A DNA stretch of 64,000 nucleotides from NCBI RefSeq assembly GCF_006345805.1, contig NC_042999.1, positions 56,420,001 through 56,484,000 of the forward strand, written 5' to 3'. The position numbers were made by a program, and so were the translations under genes. This DNA comes from Octopus sinensis (Eukaryota). Every line of letters starts with the position of its first letter. Positions within the stretch are counted from its first letter, which is position 1. Shown here piece after piece: positions 37,736 through 52,269 of this stretch. The notes below the pieces were generated by a model. The model made no database searches. It saw only the letters and a list, made by a program, of their open reading frames with translations, and had not been told where the DNA came from.

Positions 37736-38209
37736 AGACATACATACAGAATTTTCACACATCTTATGCCAACAAACTGAACTACATCTCTTCTCATCCT
37801 CACATTTCCTCTTTTTCATGCACTCAGCTTATGCTTATCTTTCACTCCCCAATTCTGTCCTCACTGCCCTACTCACTGTATCATTGCTATACCTCCTCTA
37901 TATACCAACATATCACCAGTCACTGCATTCTGCGCCCCCACCCACACACTCTTTGCATTCATGTGAAATCCCTATTCCTCACCCATGCACCCATGGCAAT
38001 TCTCTACCATCCCATTTATATTCTGTTCCCTCCTACCTTGAAGGTATGCCCTGGCACTTCACTACCACCAACTCTCTCACCCTCTTGCTCTCTTCCACTC
38101 TTTTTTTCATTCTTGATTTCTGTCTGTCTGTCTCTCTCTCTCTGTCTGACTGTGTAATCATGTATCTCCTCTACAGTAATACATCTGTTTCTATCCCTTT
38201 GTCACACTC

Positions 38210-38441
38210 TAACCTCTCATCACCTGGTACAAAGACACCTCCTCCAATGCTCTGTGTTTCTTTCAATTACTTTAAATATAACAAAGGATTTAGTAAAATA
38301 ACTTAGTTATCATTAAGCTAGTGTTAGGAACATAAATTGTGACTAAGGTTTGGTGGAAGATTTGAATTCAAAACTTATGAAACCAAGACATTTATGCTCA
38401 GAGCCAGGCCGGTTTCAGCCAGGTCGGTAATGAAAGGGTTA
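38210..38441. mobile_element. Possible piggyBac-like MITE
   Basis: Right end GGTAATGAAAGGG|TTAA; degenerate left end TAACCTCTCATCACC. Confidence 0.4.
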
Positions 38442-38499
38442 AGGTGATTTCTTTTACCATTTCTGTGATTTCTCCCCTCCCTTGATGCCCTAAACACAT

Positions 38500-38792
38500 G
38501 TTTATTTTGCTTAATGGTTAATCCAGAACTGACCACTATGATGATCTCTGCTCTTTGGAAGAAACTAAAGCTCAAATTACCTCCATTTAGTCTTTCCCAA
38601 CTCAATTGTTTCTCCTCTTCCTGTTACCCTTGTTGTTACCAACCCTCCAGGCCCTGCACTAAGCACTACACCAAATCCTTCCTTCTCAGGACATCATTCC
38701 TCTGGAATTCCCTCTTGGCTCATATCTTTCCCAAAAGAATTGATTTCCAAAGCTTCAAGAGGAACATCGTGGCATCTGTCTCATTTGTCTAA
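38500..38792 (+). pseudogene. CR1/Jockey-group LINE ORF2 C-terminal remnant
   Basis: HYTKSFLLRTSFLWNSLLAHIFPKRIDFQSFKRNI motif. Confidence 0.7.
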
Positions 38793-38845
38793 AGGCCATA
38801 CACACTGCCTCTTCTTCCAGACCCAGCAAACGAAAAACAAAATTG

Positions 38846-39575
38846 ATAAAGATTATTTGCCAACATAACATGGCAGTCCTGGTTTAGGACAAATGTTGCT
38901 GTAATTAGCCCCAGGAGACATCGTCTCCAGCTGGCTATACAACACGATCTGTGTCCTTATATTTTTGAACAAGGGAATCTAGCATCCCCACTCAGTTCAA
39001 AACAATATCTGTGTATTGCAATTTCCAGGTTATTTCCCTTCAGCACAGAATAACTGTTCAGCTAGAGGGAAATAACCCAGAAATCGTGATACACAGATAT
39101 TGTATTGAGCTGAGTGGTGGGTGCTGAATGTCCTTGTTCAAAAAAAAAGGACACAGATCGTGTTAGAAAATTACTATTTTTAAATCTCACCACGTGATAT
39201 ATTCAGCAACAGTACTTTGTAGTAAAGATTGTTTGCCAACATAACATGGCAGTCTTGGTTTAAGGAGACATTGTCTCCAGCTGGCTATATGATATGATCT
39301 GTGTCCTTATATTTTCGAACAAGGGAATCTAGCACCCCCACTCAGCTCAAAATAATATCTGTGTATCACGAATTCCGGGATATTTCCCTTCATCGGCACA
39401 GAATAATTGTTTGGTTAGAGGTGGTGCTGCCAAATTCCCGTTCGAAATATAGAGTTTTCAAAGTGACAACTAGTCACTGATTTATAAATTAGAAAATTAC
39501 TGTTTTTAAATCTCACCATGTGAGATATTCAGCAACAGTACTTTGGGGTAAAGATTGTTTGCCAACATAACAAAT
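38846..39575. repeat. Complex direct and inverted repeat with three degenerate hammerhead-like motifs (PLE pseudo-LTR-like)
   Basis: ~95-bp inverted arms at 38942-39040 and 39067-39162; direct repeats at 38846/39221/39548 and 39164/39490; motifs at 39009-39048 (-), 39066-39096 (+) and 39359-39401 (-). Confidence 0.7.
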
Positions 39576-39629
39576 TGTAAAATTGGTAAGTTCTTCATAT
39601 TGAGAATAGTTGACATTATATTGACACTC

Positions 39630-39920
39630 CATCAGTAACCAAGGGCCCTAGTTGATCCAATCAATGGAACAGTCTACCCATGAAATTAACATGCATGGTG
39701 GCTGAACACTCCACAGCCAAGTATAATTACCTTTGCTGTAGTTTCCAGGGAGATTCCACTTGACACAGAATGTAACAAGGCTGGCCCTTTGGATTACATG
39801 TACAACTCCATTTTGCCAGATGAGTGGGCTGGAGCAATGTGAAATAAAGTGTCTTGCTCAAAGACACAATGTGTCAAAAAGATGGAACACACAACCTTAC
39901 AGTCATGAGTTGAATATCCT
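39630..39920 (-). mobile_element. SINE family D (diverged)
   Basis: Homologous to 17790-18085. Confidence 0.7.
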
Positions 39921-40014
39921 AAATATTAAACCACGCACCTTCACTAATTGACATTATAATATTGCTCTCACTCCCTCTCTTTCTGGAGAAATGTCAGTAT
40001 TTCTTACCATTATT

Positions 40015-40810
40015 CTTTTATTCTTTTGTTTCAATCATTTGGCTGTGGCCATGCTGGAGCACCGCCCTTTAGTTGAAGAAATTGACTCCCAGGACTTATT
40101 CTCTGTAAGCCAAGTACTTATTCTATCAGTCTCTTTTGATGACCCACTAAATACGGTGACATAAACACACCAACATCGGTTGTCAAGCAATGGTGGGGGA
40201 TAAAAACAGACACACACAAATATATATATACATCATCATCATCATCGTCGTTTAACGTCTGCTTTCCAGGCTAGCATGGGTTGAATGATTTGACTGAGGA
40301 CTGGTGAACCAGATGGTTGCAGGCACCAATCTGATCTGGCAGAGTTTCAACAGCTGGATGCCCTTCCTAACGCCAACCACTCTGAGAGTGTAGTGGGTGC
40401 TTTTATATGCCACCGGCACAAGGGCCAGTCAGGCAGTACTGGCAATGGCCACGCTCAAATGGTGTTTTTTACATCCCACCTGCACAGGAGCCAGTCCAGC
40501 GGCACTGGCAACGACATCACTCGAATGTTCTTTTCACGTGCCACTGGCATGGAAACCAGTCAGCTGCTCTGGCAATGATCACGCTCAGATGGTGCTCTTA
40601 GCGCTCCACTGGCACAAGTACCAGTCATCGAATTTGATTCGATATATATATATATAACAGGCTTCTTTCAGTTTCCATTACCAAATTCACTCACAAGGCT
40701 TTGGTTGACCCAAGGTTATAATAGAAGACACTTGCCAAAGGTGCCATGCAGTGGGACTGAACCCAAAACCATGTGGTTGGGAAGCAAGCTTCTTACCACA
40801 CAGTCATGCC
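40015..40810 (-). mobile_element. SINE family B with a family A copy (40231-40630) nested in its internal microsatellite
   Basis: The halves at 40015-40220 and 40657-40810 are collinear with the consensus. Confidence 0.8.
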
Positions 40811-41424
40811 TGTGCCTAATGGAATAAAATAAATACCCAAACTCTGTATGTGTAAAATAAACTGGTTGTTGCCTTAGCATCAAGTCAAGCATACTTTTAA
40901 TGAAAGGCATTCTAACCATGACCTTCCCAATTTATAGAGTTCTAGGATTACTATTATCCAATTTCATCCTTTTTTTTCTTTGTTCTTTTTTTGTTGTTAC
41001 CTTGGTTGGATATTATCTTTGGGAAATTTGGCAGCTAAACAAGAACATTGATGCCACAGAGCTAGTAGGACTTCATTTGGTGGCTGGCAAAGATTATTTT
41101 TTATTTGTTTACTCTTTTTACTTTTGAGAGTAGAGGGTGTGGTTTGTATTTTAACTTGTAACGAGAAAATGTGTTTCGTTAATGGTGACCCTTAATGTAG
41201 CTTATTTCCTTTTTGAATTTTTTTGTTGATGTTTTGGTCAGCAAAACAACAGGAAATTGGACAATGAGTCTAAGGACAAACAGTAAACAATCTCAGAGAT
41301 TTGACACAGAATCATTGAATATAGGACTAAATTGAAGTCTACATTGCTACAAGTGTGGCTGTGTGGTAAGGAGTTTGATTCCCAGCTACATAGTTCTGGG
41401 TTCAGTTTTGTCGTGTATATACCA

Positions 41425-44330
41425 TCATCATTTGATGTTCATTGTCCATGGATTGGATGGTGTGACCAGAGCTGGCAAGCTGCAGGAATGAGGAGGGGGC
41501 TGCTGCACCAGATTCCAGTCTGATTGGGCATGACTTCTATGGCTGGATGCCCTTCCTAACACCAACCACTTTATAGAATGTGTTGGGTGCTCTTACATGA
41601 TGCTGCACAGGCCCTTTTACATGGTACAGCATGTGCACTTTCATGTGGCACCATCATGAGAGCTTTACACCACTCTGCTGCAGAGTATAGTTCTTCTTGA
41701 GTACAGCCAGGTGTCAGGTATCTCAGTCCTGTCATGTCACCTGTTAGCTTCAGCATCCTGAGTTTATTCTTTAGTACTTCATCACATCTCCCTAGGTCTC
41801 CCACTTCCACATGTTCCATCCACTTTGAGAGATCAGCACTTTTTTATGGAGCTGTCAGCATCCATCCATATCACATGATCAAACCAGCGCAGTCTTCTCT
41901 TTTGCACACAGCAACCAATTCCTTTTATGTCTTACTTCTCTCTCAGAATATTAGCACTCTGTTGAACATGTACATTTACATTATAAATCCTGCAGAGCAT
42001 TCATTCCTTTCTAACCTTCACATGTCCTCTGCATTCAGGGCCCATATCTCAATACCATATAGAATTATTCTCTATACATATGCATCATACAATATTCCTC
42101 TCACTGAGAGAGAAAAACCCTTAGCTCTCTAAACTTCCTCCATCATATTCTTATTTTAGTTATCACACTCTCTGTGCATCTTCCCCCACAACTAATTTGG
42201 CCCTCTAGGTAGCAGAAATTATGAGCCACCAGGGCATTTGATGGAATCAATTTCCTAAGTCTCTCTAGTTTATATGGATCCTGTGCATCTTCCATATATG
42301 ACACAACATTCTCTGATAACCTTCCTATTAAACCTTTGCACCTCTTGTGTCCATAGCTTACACTGAATACGCCATCTGCAGTTCTTGCCTACACCTTGCC
42401 AACAAATCAAACAGGGCCACCTACCCGAGTGGGGTACGCTCCAGTCAGTTTCCTTGCTTACTAGAACCTTAGTCTTTGCTAAGTTAACTTTAAGGGCCTT
42501 AGATTTGAGGTTTTGCTTCCACACCTGGAATTTTGTATCTAGCTCTGATATGGAATCTGCTATGAGGGCAAGGTCATCAGCTTATAGTAGTTCCCAAGGG
42601 CTGCTGGTCTTGAATTCCTCTGTTATGGCCTGGAGGACAGTGATGACAAAGGGGGAGACTGAGGACTGAGCCTGTATACCAAATTTCCTCACTGTATTCA
42701 TGGTTAACTGTTAACTCTCACCTTACTGACTGCGTCTTTGTACATGGCCTGTACATCATTCACCAGCCACTCGTCTATTCCTAGCCTCCTCAGAGCCACC
42801 ATATCACACAGCAGGGCACTCTATCGAAGGCATTCTCTAGATCAACAAATGCCATATATAATAGTTTATTCTTAGCTAAGTACTTCTCTTGCAGTTGCCT
42901 GACTATGAAAATAGCATCAGTAGTGCTTCTTGTCCAGACAAAGCCAAACTGCATTTCGTCCAGTCTAATTCTGCTCCTAATTCATTGGCCAGTAACTCTC
43001 TCCAAAATTTTCATCACCTGGTCCAGGAGTTTAAAGCTTCTATAGTTGCTTCTATCTACTGTATCACTCTTACCCTTGTAATACCTAAGAATTATACCTC
43101 TAAGCCAGTCACTGGGTATTACACCTTCCTGAATGACCTGATTAAATATGCAGATGACCAACCCGTATCCTCCCTTACTGAATATTTTGAGCATCCCAGC
43201 TGCGTTTCTGGATGGACCAGGGGTTTCCCAGTTTTCATGTTTTTAATTGCCTTATCTACCCACTAGGATAGCCAGTCCCTCTGTTGGGCTCACATGAGGG
43301 AGACTCCCTTTATCTCATTCATTCTCTACATTCAACAGTCTCGTATAGTAACCTTTCCATGCTTCTTTCTCGTCCACATCATTGAGTGCAAGCTTACCAT
43401 TATCCATCCACACTCACTTCTCCTACAATATCCCGATTCTCATTGACACATTGTCTAGCAGTTTTGAACACCTCAAGTCTCTGATCTTCACGCTGTAGGG
43501 CTTCGGCAAACCTCTTCTTTTCTGTTTCTACCCTAGTCTGACAGATCTGACATCTAGCCTCCCTTTTAGCCTTCTGATAGATTCTTTGCCACCTCCCTCT
43601 CTTTTCCATTCTTTCCAGGCCCATCTCTTCTCTTTTATGGCCCTGTCAACATCACTGTTCTACTACTACATCACTTTTGGTCTGGCAGGAACTTTGCTCC
43701 AACCACAAATTTGGTCTGTTGCCCATAGTAGATTGTCCCATAGGAACCTTCAGTTGTCCTCTATGTCTTTTATTGTCAAGATGATCCTCAGAAGAGATTC
43801 ATAGAAGGGGTCCTTCTGAGCATCTGTTGAGTCCAGCATGTAAAGCACATGCAGAGATAACTGTCACAATTACATCAGACAAGGCTATTCTTAGCTTAAT
43901 AATCCTACCTTAATCACCTTAGCCACCCATTTCTCTGCTAGAAGAATGCCTATGCCACCTAGGCCTTCATTGTTGTCTTCCCAGAAAAATTTTTACCAAT
44001 GCCCTTTCCCCATAAGCAGTCAAGCTGAGGATCCCTTCCATTGTATCTCTTGAACACAGCACACATCTACATGTCTCTGCTCAAGCACCTCAACTATCTC
44101 TCTAGACCTACCTTTCCTAGTGTCACCATTGACTGTGCCAGCTCTGAGCTTGTAGAACTGGGAGGAAGGTTGGGGGAATGTTTTTAGCTCCTAGAAAGAA
44201 AAAGATTTTGGGGGCCTCAGGTCCTTGTGCTTAGATAGAGAAAAATGTTACAACTGCAGTTTTGGTTTCCTTCAGTTCTATGCCTAGGAGTCACAGGTCC
44301 CTCCCTGTGCTTAGTTAGGGAAATAATGTT
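41425..44330 (-). mobile_element. Large decayed RTE LINE (endonuclease remnant, RT, C-terminus and family A tail)
   Basis: IFNQVIQEGVIPSDWLRGII..YKGKSD..DRSNYR..KLLDQVMKILERV; YADDL-like motif then WKQNLKSKALKVNLAKTKVLV; many stops and frameshifts. Confidence 0.85.
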
Positions 44331-44449
44331 ATCATTGGAGTTACTAATTTCTTCAGTCCTAAAGCCTTAATAGGGAGGTACATACATTACATGTATGTAT
44401 GTATGTTTGTATGTATGTATGTATGTATGTGTTCATTTGTTCACCACCA

Positions 44450-44890
44450 CCAGCCATGCTGGAGCACCACCTTTAGTCGAACAAATCGACCCCAGGACTT
44501 ATTCTTTGTAAGCCTATTACTTATTCCATTGGTCTCTTTTGCAGGGACGCAAACACCCCAGCATTGGTCGTCAAGCGATGGCGGGGGGTGGGGCACAAAC
44601 ACAGACACACACACATATATATATATATCGACAGGCTTCTTTCAGTTTCCGTCTAGCAAATATACTCAAATATACTTTGGTCGGTCCAAGGCTATAGTAG
44701 AAGACACTTGCCCAAGGTGCCACGCAGTGGGACTGAACCCGGAACCATGTGGTTGGTATGCAAGCTACTTACCACACATCTACTCCTGCTTTAAAAAAAT
44801 AAGTACTGGGGTCGATTTGATAGATGAAAATTCTTTAAGACGGGGCCCTAGCATGGCCGCAGTCTTATTACTGAAACAAGTAAAAGATAA
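44450..44890. mobile_element. SINE family B (minus, 44450-44775) plus a short plus-strand tail fragment
   Basis: Homology to the family consensus. Confidence 0.8.
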
Positions 44891-44929
44891 AAGATTTAAT
44901 CAAAACCGAAATTCTACCCTTTAGCGAAG

Positions 44930-44931
44930 AT

Positions 44932-44991
<60 letters not shown>

Positions 44992-45954
44992 ATAATATAT
45001 ATATAATATATAGATATATATACATATATCATACATATATACATACAATATACATACATATATATATATATATATATACATATATACATACATATATACA
45101 TACTATACATATTATATACATACATATTATATATACATATTACATACATATATAATATATATATTATAATAATATACATACATATATATATCTACATATA
45201 TACATACCTATATATATATATATATATACATACATAGATATATATATACATACATACATATATATATATACATACATACATATATATATATACATACATA
45301 CATATATATATATACATCCCTACATATTATATATATACATATAATACATATCATATATATATATATAGCAGAATATACATACATACATATATATATATAC
45401 ATATATACATATATATATATACATACATACATATATACATACATCATATATATATATATACTACATACATATATACATACATACATATACATACATATAT
45501 ATATATAACATACATACATATATACATACATACATATATACATACATACTATATATACATATATATATACATATATAATACATACATATATATATATATA
45601 CATCATACATATATACATACATACATACATATATATATACATACATATATATAATACATATATATATACATACATATATATATACATACATATATATATA
45701 TATACATATATATATATACATATATATTACATATATATAATATACATACATTATATATATATTATACATATATATATATATACATAATATATATATATAC
45801 ATATATATATATATACATACATATTATATATTACACATATATATATATACATATATATATCATATATATATATATCATACAATATTATATATATACATAT
45901 ATATATATATACACATATATACATATATACATATAATATATATATATATATATA

Positions 45955-45989
<35 letters not shown>

Positions 45990-46010
45990 ACATATTATAT
46001 ATATATATAC

Positions 46011-46043
<33 letters not shown>

Positions 46044-46164
46044 ATTATATATATATATACATATATATTATACATATATATATATACATATATATATATA
46101 CATATATATATATACATATATATATATACTATATATATATATCATATATATATCAATATATAAC

Positions 46165-46221
<57 letters not shown>

Positions 46222-46308
46222 CTATATTATATACATTATATATATATATATATCATATATATATATACATATATATACATATATATATATACATATATAC
46301 ATATATAT

Positions 46309-46339
<31 letters not shown>

Positions 46340-46348
46340 TACATAATA

Positions 46349-46383
<35 letters not shown>

Positions 46384-46585
46384 CATATATATACATATAT
46401 ATACATATATATATTATATACATATATATATATACAATATATTATATACATATATATAACATATATATATATACATATATAATATATATATATATATACA
46501 TTATAATATAATATATATATATATACATATATATATATACATATATATATATACATATATATAATACATAATATATTAATATAAC

Positions 46586-46620
<35 letters not shown>

Positions 46621-46772
46621 CAATATATATATACATATATATATACATATATATATATAATACATATATACATATATATAATACATATATATATACATAT
46701 ATATATACAATTATATATATATATACATAATATATATATATATACATATATATATCATATACATATATATAC

Positions 46773-46803
<31 letters not shown>

Positions 46804-46958
46804 CATATATATATACATATATACATATATATAATATAACATATATACTCTATATATATATATACCTATATATTATAATATATATACATATATAATATAT
46901 ACATATATATATATATCATATATATATACATATACATATATATATATTACATATATAT

Positions 46959-47010
<52 letters not shown>

Positions 47011-47319
47011 CTATATATATAATATACATATATATATACATATATATATACATATATATATACATATATATATATATTACATATATATATATATATACAT
47101 ATAGATATATATATATATACATATATATATACATATATATATATATATAATATACATTATATATACATATATATATATATAATACATAATATATATATAT
47201 ATCATATATATATCTATATACATAATATATATAATATATACTATATATATATATACACATATATATTATATACATATATATATTATACTACATATATCTA
47301 TTATACATATATATATTAC

Positions 47320-47386
<67 letters not shown>

Positions 47387-47406
47387 CATATATATCTATA
47401 TAATAT

Positions 47407-47472
<66 letters not shown>

Positions 47473-47765
47473 ATACATACCTATCTATATATATACATAT
47501 ATATATATATACATACATATATATATATACATACTATATATATACTACATATATATATATATACATACATATATATATATATACATACTATATATATAAT
47601 ACATACATATATATATATACATATTATATATACATACATAATATATATATACATTATATATATATACATACATATATATATATATACATACATATATTAT
47701 ATTATACATATATATATATATATATTAATATATACATATATATATAAATACATTATATATATACA

Positions 47766-47801
<36 letters not shown>

Positions 47802-48071
47802 CATATATTATATACATATATATATATACTACATATATATATATACATTATATATACATAATATATATATATACATACATATATATATATACATATACAT
47901 ATATATACATATATATATACATACATATATATACATAATATATAATACATATATATATACATATATATAATACATATATATATACATACATAATATATAT
48001 ATATATACATACATATATATATATATACATACATATATATAATATATATACATATATATATATATATATAC

Positions 48072-48107
<36 letters not shown>

Positions 48108-48188
48108 CATTATATATATATATACAATATATATATATATAATATAATATATACATATTATATATATACATATATATATATATATTAC

Positions 48189-48272
<84 letters not shown>

Positions 48273-48747
48273 CATACATTATATTATATTACATACATAT
48301 ATATATATTATACATCATATATATATATATATACATACATATATATATACATACATATATTATATATACATACATACATATATATATACTATACATACAT
48401 TACATATATACATACTACATATATACATACATACATATATACATACATACATAATACATACATACATATACATACATATATATATACTACATACATTATA
48501 CATACATACTATATACAACATACATATATACATCATACATAATATATACATACTACATACATATATACATACAACATACATACATATATACATACATACA
48601 TACATAATACATACAACATCATATATACATACATATACATACATACATATATATAATACATACATATATACATACATACATATATACATCATACATACAT
48701 ATATACATACTACATACATATATACCATCCATACTATCTACATACAT

Positions 48748-48780
<33 letters not shown>
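44930..48780. repeat. ~3.85-kb degenerate (TA)n/(TACA)n array
   Basis: Directly visible; almost G-free on the plus strand. Confidence 0.98.
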
Positions 48781-50199
48781 CACATACATATATATATCTT
48801 TATTCTAGGCCGAAATATCGTAAGAACCTTCATCAACCGCACAAACATAATTATAAGTTGGTTGACAAAGTAGAGACAAACTCGAAGAATGTTAATTTGG
48901 TTGCTATTTCTTGCAGGTCGAGCGACTATGTGGAGGAAGTCGAAACTTCGTCGCAGATAAAATTGCGATGTTAAAAACAAGAAAAAAGTCACAAAAATTC
49001 AGCTATGGACTGGTTTAAAAAAAATTTTTTTCAGTCACTTATAAAATATTGGTATTTCTGAAGAATAGCGTCGGGAATTATCTCGTGCACCAAAAATTAT
49101 AATTTATTTGGATGCTTTAAGCATCGTAGAGTATGATTCTGGAAAAAAAAAAAAAAAGAATGAGGGGGATGGGGAAGATATGTTGCCCTATCTTTCATTT
49201 AATTCTTCTGTAATAACTTGCGAAAACTTTTTTGATTCATGTTTTTAGACACAATCTGAAGAATCATGTTCTCAGATGTTGAAAGCATTTTTCAAAAGAA
49301 AGTCAAAACTGAAAAATTACAGAAAGAGGGAGAGGATGAAATTTCCATTGCCCCTCCCCTGCAATTTTTGCAGAATCTTTATCTAACAAACACATCCGAA
49401 GAAATGACGGTTATTTTGAAGTGCTAAGTAATTTCCGACTCCCTTCTACAAGAATACCAAGACTATTATTATTATTATCATCATCATCATCATATGTACA
49501 TATACGTCGTTATTGAGAAGCGAAGACGCTTTAGTTGGTTTTGGATTGCATTTTAAACAGAACACGGGAAAGAGTTTAGGATAGAGAACGTTTTCTCTCT
49601 CTCTTTCACACAGACCTTAATAAATGAACGAGCTTGGAAACTATATATAGATAATATGCATATATGCTAAGAGAAAATAATATATCTGCACAAAGAGAAG
49701 TACAAGAGAAAACAAAGAAAGAAAGCTATTTGACTCACTGTCTGGCTTTTTTATTCTTTATGTAGGTGTGACCAGGAATTAAACTGTTTTTATATAAGTA
49801 TACTCGCTAATTGTAAATATTGACATTTGCAAATATCTCATCTGATTTCCTTCAAACCGGACACGTTTCCCTCAGATTTATATAGACGGAATATACGAGA
49901 CATCAAACCTCATGTCATTCGAAGTATGAAGTGAGAATTCAGGAAAAAAAAAAAAAGTCCGAGGTTAAAAAAATTTTTTTTTAATGAATATGAATTTGTT
50001 GTATAGTGCCCAGGTGCACTAAAACTAAAACTTAAAAAAAAAAAAGGACACACGATAAAAGACCACAGGAAATTTCCAATTAAATCGCCGATTTAACGAA
50101 CCTGTTTTTGTTTCATTTTATTTTAAGATATTGAATAAAATAGGACCTCCCCCCACATAAGTTTAATGTCAAATTAAGTCGTCATTATGAACTAATCGT

Positions 50200-50330
50200 C
50201 GACTTTGCCTGTTATCCATTCGGGGTCAATACATTAAGTACCAGTTGAATACTGAGGACCGATGTAATCCACTTGACACCCCCACCTCTCCAAAAAATCA
50301 AGCCTCGTGCCTATAGTAGAAAGGATTATG
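50200..50330 (+). mobile_element. SINE family C fragment
   Basis: GTCGACTTTGCC..ATCCATTCGGGGTC..AAGTACCAGTT. Confidence 0.65.
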
Positions 50331-50629
50331 AACTGTGACGGCGATCTATCGGGAAGAAAAAATCAATTAAAACAGAGTATTTGTTCGTCAATTTCCCTAA
50401 AAATTATTATTTTTTTTTAGTTTAATCGCTTGTGTTTATGTATTTTTTGATTATGTATGTATGTGTTTATGTCTGTGTATGTATGTATATTTATGTAAGT
50501 ATATGTATGTATGTGTTTACGTGAATGTTTTGGTATTTAGCATTTGTTTCTATCTAAAATTGAGATCTTATTTCTGTCCTCTGAAATGAAATGAGTCCAC
50601 AGGGCAATAAATTTATTTACTTTTAATTA

Positions 50630-51150
50630 ACCGGAGTCTCTACATGGTCGCTCGAGCGACTAGAAATAGCCACCAAATATATCTTAAACCGTACCCTTGT
50701 TACCCTAAATAACAAAAGGACATATTACATGCTACAAGTCTAAGAGGGTCACTCATGACTGGAATGCCCTTGATCATAGGTGTGCTCGACTAGAGTTGAC
50801 CTAAACAACAACAATCTCAGTAATCGGTCCCAATCTCACTGAGGGGTAAAATGATATTTTAAATACTTGCAGGGAGAGAGGGGAGAGAGAGAGAGAATAG
50901 AAACAGATTTGAAGGACTTTAACGTTCCACCTCTCTTTATTTCCTTATTTCATTCTGCCGTTTATAAAAAGTGGTTATTTTTTTACACCCAGGTCAGCCC
51001 TAATTCAATAAACAATGACTATAGGCATTCAAACCAAAATCATCCAGATTTTTTCCAGTATGTCCCTAGTACAAAATTACCCAATGTATCATATGACAGT
51101 AGAGCGTAGTTTGAAGGACATTTAGCCACTAGTTTTAGCAGGTGGAGCGC
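50630..51150. repeat. Two copies of dispersed repeat family E in opposite orientation
   Basis: CATGGTCGCTCGA..CTAGAAATAGC..ATCATAGG..(AAC)n at 50630-50815 and a diverged reverse complement at 50980-51150; related sequence near 59020-59170. Confidence 0.5.
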
Positions 51151-51170
51151 CTACATAGATAGATAGATAA

Positions 51171-51311
51171 GCTTTATTTAAAAGCAGCAGAAATTCAACA
51201 AAACCTGTTACTCTGAGTTTCACGTTCCCGTTCGTCGGACAGTTCGACAAATGGGAACGTGAAACTCAGAATAACAGGTTTTGTTGAATTTCTGCTGCTT
51301 TTAAATAAAGC
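51171..51311. repeat. 59-bp-arm palindrome made of two back-to-back hammerhead-bearing copies
   Basis: GCTTTATTTAAAAGCAGCAGAAATTCAACAAAACCTGTTACTCTGAGTTTCACGTTCCC mirrored at 51253-51311 with one mismatch. Confidence 0.92.
51205..51242 (-). ncRNA. Near-intact minimal type-I hammerhead ribozyme motif
   Basis: Minus strand CTGT-CCGACGA-ACG-GGAA-CGT-GAA-ACT-CAG-AGT-A-ACAG: all stems pair, GUA triplet present, only U4>C deviates from the core. Confidence 0.65.
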
Positions 51312-52089
51312 ATATTACTCTACCCCTGGTATTTGAGTACTCTTTTTTCCACCTTGTTTCGCATTTATGTGTTTACTCCGGTGTAGATAGATAGATAGAC
51401 AGATAGATAAAGAGAGAGTCACCTAGGCAAACATGTTAAGTAAAACAAAAATTATTTAACTGAACTGACAAATTTTGTTGAATCTTGGGAGAGTAATTAT
51501 GCCAATTATAAACGTGTTGGTTCTATTTCACTTCTTTATTAGTCAATTCGTTAACATCTAACCAATAAACTAATCGATTTTTTTTTATTAATCGTTCGGT
51601 CACTTAATCAATAAGTTAAGCTTAATGACCCTCCCAAGGTACAACAAAGTATGTTTCAACAGAAGTTCACCTCAAGAATCTTGCACGCCAAATAAACGAA
51701 ATAAACTGAAGGGCATGGTAGTTGGATGGGAGAAAATATCAAAAATAAATTCTGAAGGCAAAAAATTCTTTCGTGAAAGGAAACAACCTAATTCCTTGTC
51801 TTTTTGCTTCTCGCCGAGGCAGTGACAGCCATTCCAAAAGTTTGTCCCGAGTGTGATTATTAAATTTTATGAAATATATCAAGAGAATGTAGTTTACGCT
51901 CTAAAAATCCTTACCGACACTCCACCGTTTATAAAGTTGTAATTTCTATCAGCCCTACTCGAACAGATCAATGATCAACGTCGTTTTTGTGGGTACAAAG
52001 AACCACCCGATGTCACCTTTCATTAAAATGCTTTAATTAAAACACAAAGCCGATTAGTTTGTCGACATTTTCCGGGCGAAATAATGGTT

Positions 52090-52215
52090 TCTAATTGAGG
52101 CACCTGACAGGTACTTGGCTCTATATAGCCCGGAAATGGGAAAATGAAAGGCAAAGTTGACCTCAGCAGGATTTGAACTCAGGATGGAAAGTGCTGGAAC
52201 TAATACTACAGCACA
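52090..52215 (-). mobile_element. SINE family C fragment
   Basis: GAAAGGCAAAGTTGACCTC.GC.GGATTTGAACTCAG. Confidence 0.65.
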
Positions 52216-52269
52216 TCCTGCTAATCAACTAGCATTAGTGTTGTACTTTCACTTTCATTCAATAACTTC

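Noticed and set aside
44931-48992. Many long Ile/Tyr/Met-rich ORFs (also at 4097-4464, 13074-13485 and 20836-21303)
   Set aside because: They are translations of TA/CA microsatellites that lack stop codons.
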